64,000 bases of DNA, from positions 32,001-96,000 of the forward strand of contig JBIIPZ010000001.1 in assembly GCA_044342325.1 (NCBI GenBank), read 5' to 3'. Shown here piece by piece: positions 11,452 through 18,763 of this stretch. Numbering within the stretch: position 1 is the stretch's first letter; every line of letters begins with the position of its first letter. This DNA comes from Terrimicrobiaceae bacterium. Lineage in GTDB: Bacteria; Verrucomicrobiota; Verrucomicrobiia; Chthoniobacterales; Terrimicrobiaceae. The translations under genes were made by a program, and so were the position numbers. The notes under the pieces were generated by a model. The model was given only the letters and a program-made list of their open reading frames with translations, was not told where the DNA came from and made no database searches.

Positions 11452-13803
11452 ATGAACAAAAAATCTCTTACTGAAGCCGACATTCGCACGAAGTTCATCC
11501 TGCCAGCGATTGTTTCCAGCAAGTGGGATGTGATGCTGCAGATTCGTGAAGAATCATATTTTACGAAGGGCCGAGTGATCGTTCGCGGCAAAAGGGTCAA
11601 ACGCGGCGAAGCCAAAAAGACCGATTTCATCCTCTCTTACAAACCCAACCTCCCCCTCGCGATTGTGGAGGCGAAGGACAACAACCACTCTGTCGGCGCC
11701 GGCATGAGCCAGGCGTTGGAATACGCCGAGATACTTGATGTCCCGTTCGCTTACAGCTCGAATGGCGATGCCTTCTTGGAGCACGACCGCACGGCTACTT
11801 CAGGGACTGTGACCCGCGAGATTCCCTTGGATCAGTTCCCGAGCCCCGAGGAGCTTTGGAGCCGCTACTGCGCGGCCAAAGGCTGGACTCAGGATGAGGT
11901 AAAGGTCGCCACGCAGGATTACTACGACGACGGTTCGCAGAAGTCCCCGCGCTACTACCAACTCAATGCGATCAACCGCACGGTCGAAGCCATTGCCAGA
12001 GGTCAAAAACGCTGCCTGCTCGTGATGGCCACCGGCACCGGCAAGACCTACACGGCATTCCAGATCATTTGGCGTCTTTGGAAATCCCGTGCGAAAAAAC
12101 GCATCCTCTTCCTCGTGGATCGCAACATCCTCGCCGACCAGACAAAGACGAACGACTTCAAGCCGTTCGGCCAGGCCATGACGAAAATCACGAACCGCAG
12201 GGTGGACAAATCGTTTGAGATTTATCTCAGCCTCTATCAGGCGGTGAGCGGCACCGAGGAAGAGCAGAATATCTACAAACAATTCTCGCCCGATTTCTTC
12301 GACCTCATCGTGGTGGACGAGTGCCACCGTGGCAGCGCCGCCGAGGACGCCGCCTGGCGCAAAATTTTGGAACACTTTTCCTCTGCCACGCAGATCGGCC
12401 TCACCGCCACTCCGAAGGAGACGAGGGACATCTCCAATATCGATTACTTCGGCGAGCCGATCTACTCCTACTCGCTCCGGCAGGGCATCGACGACGGGTT
12501 CCTTGCCCCCTACAAAGTCATCCGCATCGGCTTGGACAAAGACCTCGACGGCTGGCGTCCGGAGGACGGGCAACTCGATAAATACGGCCATGTCATCGAA
12601 GACCGTGAATACAACGCCCGCGATTTCGACCGGAATCTCATTCTCGAAAAACGCACCACCACCGTGGCGGCAAAAATCACCGAGTTTTTGAAAGCCACCG
12701 ACCGCTTCGCAAAAACCATCGTCTTCTGCGAAAACATCGATCACGCCGAGAGGATGCGGCAGGCGCTCGTGAATGCCAACCCCGACCTCGCCGCCGCCAA
12801 CAGCAAATATGTGATGAGGATCACGGGCGATAATGACGAGGGCAAAGCCCAACTCGACAATTTCATCGACCCCGAGTCACGCTATCCCGTCATCGCCTGC
12901 ACCTCCCGGCTCATGACCACCGGCGTCGATGCCCAGACCTGCCACCTCATCGTTCTCGATCGCGCCATCAACTCGATGACCGAGTTCAAGCAGATCATCG
13001 GCCGTGGCACTCGCATCAACGAGGACTACGGCAAGCTCTTCTTCACCATTATGGATTTCAAGCGCGCCACGGCGCTCTTTGCCGATCCAGACTTCGATGG
13101 TGACCCCGTTCAGATTTTCGAACCTGGCGAGGATGACCCCATTCAGCCTCCAGAGGGCGAGGAGTCCACCGGCGAGGAGATCGTTGACCCGCCTGGTGGC
13201 ATTTTCGTGGACCCACCTCCGACAGGTGCCACCCGATACTTCGTGCACAATGTCGAGGTCCGCGTCGCCACCGAGCGCGTCCAATATCTCGATGCGAATG
13301 GTAAGCTCATCACCGAGTCCCTGAAGGATTACTCGCGTAAAGCCGTTCGGGAATCCTACGCCTCGCTCGATTCCTTCCTTGCCGTCTGGAATGACGCCGA
13401 GAAAAAGCAGGCCATCATCGAGGAACTCTCTGCGCGCGGTGTCTTCTTCGACGAACTCGCCGAGCAGGTCGGCCGCGACTACGACGCTTTCGACCTCATC
13501 TGCCATGTGGCCTTCGACCAACCGCCCCTGACCCGCCGCGAGCGTGCTGAGAAAGTGAAGAAGCGCCATGTCTTCGCAAAGTATGGTGACAATGCCCGCA
13601 TGGTCCTCGATGCACTCCTCGCGAAGTATGCCGACACCGGCATCACCAGCATCGAATCCCTCGAAATCCTCAAAGTCGATCCCCTCACAGCGATTGGCAC
13701 CCCGCTGGAGATCGTTGGATTCTTCGGCGGCAAGCCGGCCTACCTCGCCGCCCTACAAGAACTCGAAACCGCCCTTTACCAACCATCCCAAGATGCCGCC
13801 TGA
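11452..13803 (+). CDS. hsdR: Type I restriction enzyme R subunit (EcoAI/EcoEI-like)
   Basis: N-terminal D...EAK nuclease motif, MATGTGKT Walker A, DECHRG, QIIGRGTR, EcoEI_R_C-like tail. Confidence 0.95.
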   Translation: MNKKSLTEADIRTKFILPAIVSSKWDVMLQIREESYFTKGRVIVRGKRVKRGEAKKTDFILSYKPNLPLAIVEAKDNNHSVGAGMSQALEYAEILDVPFAYSSNGDAFLEHDRTATSGTVTREIPLDQFPSPEELWSRYCAAKGWTQDEVKVATQDYYDDGSQKSPRYYQLNAINRTVEAIARGQKRCLLVMATGTGKTYTAFQIIWRLWKSRAKKRILFLVDRNILADQTKTNDFKPFGQAMTKITNRRVDKSFEIYLSLYQAVSGTEEEQNIYKQFSPDFFDLIVVDECHRGSAAEDAAWRKILEHFSSATQIGLTATPKETRDISNIDYFGEPIYSYSLRQGIDDGFLAPYKVIRIGLDKDLDGWRPEDGQLDKYGHVIEDREYNARDFDRNLILEKRTTTVAAKITEFLKATDRFAKTIVFCENIDHAERMRQALVNANPDLAAANSKYVMRITGDNDEGKAQLDNFIDPESRYPVIACTSRLMTTGVDAQTCHLIVLDRAINSMTEFKQIIGRGTRINEDYGKLFFTIMDFKRATALFADPDFDGDPVQIFEPGEDDPIQPPEGEESTGEEIVDPPGGIFVDPPPTGATRYFVHNVEVRVATERVQYLDANGKLITESLKDYSRKAVRESYASLDSFLAVWNDAEKKQAIIEELSARGVFFDELAEQVGRDYDAFDLICHVAFDQPPLTRRERAEKVKKRHVFAKYGDNARMVLDALLAKYADTGITSIESLEILKVDPLTAIGTPLEIVGFFGGKPAYLAALQELETALYQPSQDAA

Positions 13804-13806
13804 CCC

Positions 13807-15262
13807 ATGCCCAATGTCTCTAACCTCATCAAAACCATCCAAGACATCATGCGCAAAGACGCCGGTGTGGACGGCGACGCGCAGCGCCTGGCCCAGCTTG
13901 GCTGGATGTTTTTCCTGAAAATCTTCGACGACCGCGAGACGCAGCTGGAGCTTTTCGACGACGCCTACAAATCCCCACTCGCCCCGGAACTTCGCTGGCG
14001 CAACTGGGCCAGCGACTCCGAGGGCATCACCGGCGATGCTCTCCTGGATTTCAGCAATAATGCCCTCCTTCCGAGCCTGAAAAATATCTCCGGCTCCAGC
14101 CAGATCGCCGTTCTCATCAAGGCCGCCTTCGACGGTGCCAACAACTACATGAAGAACGGCACCCTCATGCGGCAGGTCATTAACAAAATCAACGGCATCG
14201 ATTTCAACGCCTCCGACGACCGCCACATGTTCGGCGACATCTATGAGAAGCTCCTGAAGGATCTCCAATCCGTAGGGAACGCCGGCGAGTTTTATACTCC
14301 GCGCGCTGCGACCGAGTTCGTCATCGACCGCCTCGATCCGCGCTTGGGCGAGACCTTTCTCGACCCCGCCTGCGGCACCGGCGGCTTCCTTGTCTGCGCC
14401 ATCGAGCACCTCCGCAAACAGGTGAAAACCCAAGCCGACGAGCGCCTCATTCAGGATTGCTTCTCCGGCATCGAAAAAAAACACCTGCCCCACATCCTTT
14501 GCATGACGAATCTCATGCTCCACGGCATCGATGTTCCCTCGAATGTCCGGCACGACAATACCCTCGCGCGCCCCCTGCGCGACTGGAGTCCGAAGGAACG
14601 CGTGCATGTCGTCGCTACCAACCCGCCCTTCGGCGGCATGGAGGAGGATGGCATCGAGGCGAATTTCCCGGCCGAGTTCCGCACCCGTGAAACCGCTGAC
14701 CTCTTTCTCGTGCTGATCATGAAAATCCTCCAGCCCGGAGGCCGAGCTGGACTCGTCCTTCCCGACGGCACCCTCTTTGGCGAAGGCGTGAAGACCCGCA
14801 TCAAGGAAGCCCTCCTCACCGAGTGCAATCTGCACACCATCGTCCGCCTGCCCAATGGCGTCTTCAACCCCTACACCGGCATCCGCACCAACCTCCTCTT
14901 CTTCACCAAGGGCACTCCCACCAAGGAAGTCTGGTATTACGAGCACCCCTATCCGCCCGGTGCCAAGAGCTACAACAAAAGCAAACCCATCCGCATCGAG
15001 GAATTCGAACCCGAGAAATCCTGGTGGGGCAGCGAGGCCGACGGCTTTGCATCCCGCGTCGAAAACGAGTACGCCTGGCGCGTCTCCATCGACCAGATCC
15101 GCGCCGGCGGCTTCAACCTCGACCTCACCCCCCCCCCACAGCAAAGACGACGGCCCCGGCGATGTGGACCACCTGCTGCCCGAATACGAAAAACTCCTCG
15201 CCCAGATTGCGGAAACGCGCGGGCAGTTGAAAGCGCAGCTCATGGAGGCGCTCATGCGATGA
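13807..15262 (+). CDS. hsdM: Type I N6-adenine methyltransferase M subunit, frameshifted at C10 tract 15128-15137
   Basis: GEFYTPR, DPACGTGG, TNPPFGG; the native-looking C-terminal helix (HSKDDGPGDVDHLLPEYEKLLAQIAETRGQLKAQLMEALMR) lies in another frame ending at 15262. Confidence 0.92.
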
Positions 15263-15451
15263 AAAAGGCCCCGTCCAACCTACATGAATCTCTGACGCAA
15301 GACGTCAGGCTTCGGTTGAAGCAGAGCCACCATCAGATTCGGCTTACCATTCCGACTCGCAAGATCAAAAAACACCCCCATGGGCGCTTGCCGCACTTGC
15401 GAAATTCCAGCTTGCCCGGATGCAGTAATCTGTCATGTTTTCTTCAACAAC

Positions 15452-15498
15452 ACCTCCCACGCCTCTCAACGATGCGCACCAGGGAGGTTACTTTTTTT
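15452..15498 (+). ncRNA. Hairpin plus U tract upstream of Abi gene; candidate abiF-type small RNA or terminator
   Basis: acctccc(15452-15458)...gggaggt(15482-15488) stem enclosing acgcctctcaacgatgcgcacca, then T7; about 28 nt before the Abi ATG. Confidence 0.55.
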
Positions 15499-15525
15499 CG
15501 AGCCTAGCTTTTGGGAAATGACTGC

Positions 15526-16452
15526 ATGATCAAGCCGGCTTTGACTTATCCCCAGCAATTAGAGCGGCTCAAAGAACGTGGCTTGCTCGTTCCTGACGAG
15601 CCCGAGGCGCTGCATGTGCTGGCTCATCACAATTATTATCGGCTCTCGGCTTACCGCTTTCCTTTCACCGTCCCTGGGCAGCCAGACCGTTTTCAGCAGG
15701 GGGTCACTTTCACTCAGCTCTGGGAGCTCTACCAGTTTGACCGCACTTTGCGCCATCTTGTGTTGGAGGGCTGCAAACGTGTCGAAATCTCCGTGCGCTC
15801 CCGGCTGGCCTACGAGATCGGGCATCAGCTCGGCCCTCTGGCCTATCTTGAAAACCGCCATTTCCGTGAACCCCTGGAGCACGCCCGCACCCTGACCAAG
15901 TTGGATGTCGAGATGAGCCGCAGCCGGGAAGAGTTCATCCGTCATCACAAAGGTAACCTCGGCATGCCATGGCCGCCCGTCTGGGTGCTTTTGGAGGTCG
16001 CCTCGTTTGGGGTCGTCTCCAGACTCCTCGCAGGGCTCACTCCGCCGGCGCTGCGCCAACGCGTGGCAGACACCTACCAGATGGACGAGGGCACCTTCTG
16101 CTCCCTCTTCCATCACCTTTCAGTCCTTCGAAATGCCGCCGCCCACCATTCGCGCATGTGGAACCGCCACTTCACCTTCACCTTCCAATTACCTCGGAAA
16201 AAGCCCCCGCATCTTCAGATAAACTTTCATGATGACCGCACGCATCTGGGCAATCGGAAAGAGCGCCGCATCTACAACTCCCTCGTTCTGCTCGCGCATC
16301 TCGTGCAGACGATCGAGCCCGCCGCCACTTGGCCGCACCGGCTGGCCCGTCATCTTCTCACCCTCGATCCCGCTCTCATCCCCAACATGGGCTTCCCCAC
16401 CGACTGGCAGACTCGACCGATGTGGAAAGAACTCCTCAACGCTCATCCATGA
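15526..16452 (+). CDS. Abi family (AbiD/AbiF, Abi_2) HEPN-domain protein
   Basis: KPALTYPQQLERLKERGL, NYYRLSAY, LYQFDRTLR, PPVWVLLEVASFG, HEPN R-x4-H motif LRNAAAHHSRMWN. Confidence 0.9.
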   Translation: MIKPALTYPQQLERLKERGLLVPDEPEALHVLAHHNYYRLSAYRFPFTVPGQPDRFQQGVTFTQLWELYQFDRTLRHLVLEGCKRVEISVRSRLAYEIGHQLGPLAYLENRHFREPLEHARTLTKLDVEMSRSREEFIRHHKGNLGMPWPPVWVLLEVASFGVVSRLLAGLTPPALRQRVADTYQMDEGTFCSLFHHLSVLRNAAAHHSRMWNRHFTFTFQLPRKKPPHLQINFHDDRTHLGNRKERRIYNSLVLLAHLVQTIEPAATWPHRLARHLLTLDPALIPNMGFPTDWQTRPMWKELLNAHP

Positions 16453-17903
16453 CGCTCGAGACCTTCTTCGAAAAATTCGACCAGTTCGCAGACGCGCCGG
16501 GAGCGGTGGCGAAGATGCGGGAATTGGTGCTGCACCTCGCCTTTTCGGGGAAGCTTTTGCCTGCCGCAGAGCCATGGTCGCTGAAACCGCTGAAGTCACT
16601 CGCAGTAAAGATCGGCAGCGGAGCCACTCCATCAGGCGGAAGAGAATCCTATTTTACCGAAGGCATTCCTCTCATTCGCTCGATGAATGTCCACTTTGCT
16701 GGCTTCGAGCCCAAGGGACTTGTCTTCCTAAGTGATGAACAGGCGAAGCAGCTCGCCAATGTTACCGTTCAGCCCGGCGATGTGCTGCTGAACATCACCG
16801 GGGCTTCAATTGGCCGCGTTACCACTGCACCACCAGAAATGGCAGGCGCGAGGGTTAATCAGCACGTCGCTATAATCCGCCCGATCAAGGAACTCGATGC
16901 TCAGTTCTTGGCGAAGTTTTTAGCCAGTCCCGCGATTCAACGAATGATCGACTATATCCAAGTCGGCGCGACACGCGAGGCGTTGACCAAGGGAATGATC
17001 GAGCACTTCGACATTCCCCTCCCGCCCCTCGCCGAGCAGAAGCGGATTGTGGCGAAGGTGGATGAGCTGATGGCGTTGTGTGATCGGCTGGAGGCGCAGC
17101 AGCAGGAACGGGAGACGCGGCACGCCGCGCTCGCCCGCGCGTCGCTGGCCCGCTTCGCCGACGCGCCCACCCCGGCCAACCTCAACCTCCTCTTCCATTC
17201 CTCCTTCCCCATTTCGCCATCCGACTTGCGAAAATCCATCCTCACCCTCGCCGTCCAAGGCAAACTCGTCCCTTTTGACACGAATGGCGAGGAGGAAGCC
17301 GTCGGCGACCACATCGAGTTTCAGAACGGTTACGCATTCAAGAGCGAGTGGTTCAAACCCTCTGGGATGCGCCTTTGCCGAAATCTGAATGTAAGCCATG
17401 GAACTCTCGATTGGCGTGAATCTGCGTTTGTCGATGAAAAGGTTGCAAAGGAGTTTGAACGCTTCGCATTATGCGAATGTGACATTGTCCTCTCTCTTGA
17501 CCGCCCGCTCATCGCGACAGGCTTGAAAGTTGCGCGAGTGAGGCAGGTTGATCTTCCATGCCTTCTGCTTCAGCGGGTTGCAAAACCAGTGCCGAAGCAC
17601 GCTCAACTAGATCTATCGTATTTCATGCTCTGGCTAAATTCCTCTGAGTTTGTGGACTCTATCGATCCAGGTCGGAGTAATGGCGTGCCGCACATTTCGA
17701 CGAGGCAGGTTCAGCGCCTTCCATTCGTCCTCCCGCCCCTCGCTGAACAACGTCGCATCGTCGCCAAAGTTTCCGAACTGATGGCGTTGGTGGACGAATT
17801 GGAAACCCAACTCGCCGCCTCTCGCGCCGCTGCCGAAAAACTCCTCTCTGCCCTCGTCGCCGAACTCACCGTAACCACTTCACGCCTGCCTGCTGATTCA
17901 TGA
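16449..17903 (+). CDS. hsdS: Type I R-M specificity subunit
   Basis: Two TRDs, each followed by the conserved PLPPLAEQ(K/R)RIVAKV-ELMAL repeat; ATGA overlap with the Abi stop. Confidence 0.93.
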   Translation: MTLETFFEKFDQFADAPGAVAKMRELVLHLAFSGKLLPAAEPWSLKPLKSLAVKIGSGATPSGGRESYFTEGIPLIRSMNVHFAGFEPKGLVFLSDEQAKQLANVTVQPGDVLLNITGASIGRVTTAPPEMAGARVNQHVAIIRPIKELDAQFLAKFLASPAIQRMIDYIQVGATREALTKGMIEHFDIPLPPLAEQKRIVAKVDELMALCDRLEAQQQERETRHAALARASLARFADAPTPANLNLLFHSSFPISPSDLRKSILTLAVQGKLVPFDTNGEEEAVGDHIEFQNGYAFKSEWFKPSGMRLCRNLNVSHGTLDWRESAFVDEKVAKEFERFALCECDIVLSLDRPLIATGLKVARVRQVDLPCLLLQRVAKPVPKHAQLDLSYFMLWLNSSEFVDSIDPGRSNGVPHISTRQVQRLPFVLPPLAEQRRIVAKVSELMALVDELETQLAASRAAAEKLLSALVAELTVTTSRLPADS

Positions 17904-18151
17904 ACTCCACACCCACTGAGCGACAGGGCCAGTTTCTCGCCTACATTCACCGATACGGACTGATCAACGGGTGTGCGCCGGCGGAAGCGGACATGCAGCG
18001 GTATTTCCAAATCACGCCGCCGAGTGTGCATTCCATGGTTTTGACCCTGGAGCGGCGGGGCTTCATCCGGCGCGTGCCGGGTCAGGCGCGGAGCATCACC
18101 GTGATCGTTCCGCCTGAATCTTTGCCTCCCTTGAAACGCATCCAGCGCTAA
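17900..18151 (+). CDS. Small winged-helix protein (LexA DNA-binding/MarR-like)
   Basis: TERQGQFLAYI...APAEADMQRYFQITPPSVHSMVLTLERRGFIRRVPGQARSI resembles the LexA N-domain; no peptidase domain. Confidence 0.8.
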   Translation: MNSTPTERQGQFLAYIHRYGLINGCAPAEADMQRYFQITPPSVHSMVLTLERRGFIRRVPGQARSITVIVPPESLPPLKRIQR

Positions 18152-18163
18152 CCATACCAATCT

Positions 18164-18757
18164 ATGCCCGACGAAACCAACAAACCTACGCGCAAGCCAG
18201 GCGGCTGGAGCGCCGCCCGCAAACATCTCGCGACATGGGACACGCCCGCGCTGCTCGCCCTCGTGAAAGACCTTTACGACTCAGCGGCTGAGAACCGTCA
18301 TTTCATCCACGCCCGCTGCCAGGCGGAGGATGGTGGTGGCGAGGTGCTGGAAACTTATCGGAGCAAGATCGTGGAGCAGTTCTTTCCCAAGCGAGGTTTC
18401 GGCAAGCTCAAGCTGGCAGAGGCGCGCAAGGCCATTCGCGATTTCCGCAAGGCCACAGGCAGCATTCCTGGGACGGCAGAGCTGTTGATGACCTATGTTG
18501 AGAACGGGGTAAACTTCACCGACGAGTATGGAGACATCGATGAACGGTTTTATGACAGCGTGGAATCGGTGCTGGACGAACTGGCCAAGCTGTTGCGCGC
18601 TGAAGCGCGTGACCTGTATCCGCAGTTCCAGGACCGACTGGCAGATATTGAGGAGATGAGTGCAGGCATCGGCTGGGGATTCCACGACTTCATAGCCGAT
18701 GTGGTTGGACGACTTGAGGACGAACTCGGCGAACCACAGCGGGTGGGTGAGGTTTGA
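18164..18757 (+). CDS. Hypothetical helical protein (DUF6155-like)
   Basis: ARKAIRDFRKATG...ELLMTYVENG..FTDEYGDIDERFYDS pattern recalled from DUF6155-like proteins. Confidence 0.55.
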   Translation: MPDETNKPTRKPGGWSAARKHLATWDTPALLALVKDLYDSAAENRHFIHARCQAEDGGGEVLETYRSKIVEQFFPKRGFGKLKLAEARKAIRDFRKATGSIPGTAELLMTYVENGVNFTDEYGDIDERFYDSVESVLDELAKLLRAEARDLYPQFQDRLADIEEMSAGIGWGFHDFIADVVGRLEDELGEPQRVGEV

Positions 18758-18763
18758 CCGTCT

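Noticed and set aside
17018..17795. Repeated segments within hsdS as a shufflon
   Set aside because: They are the normal direct conserved repeats after each TRD; no inverted repeats, spare TRDs or invertase
11290..18763. Direct repeats or att sites bounding the R-M island
   Set aside because: None found by eye and no integrase or transposase in the island
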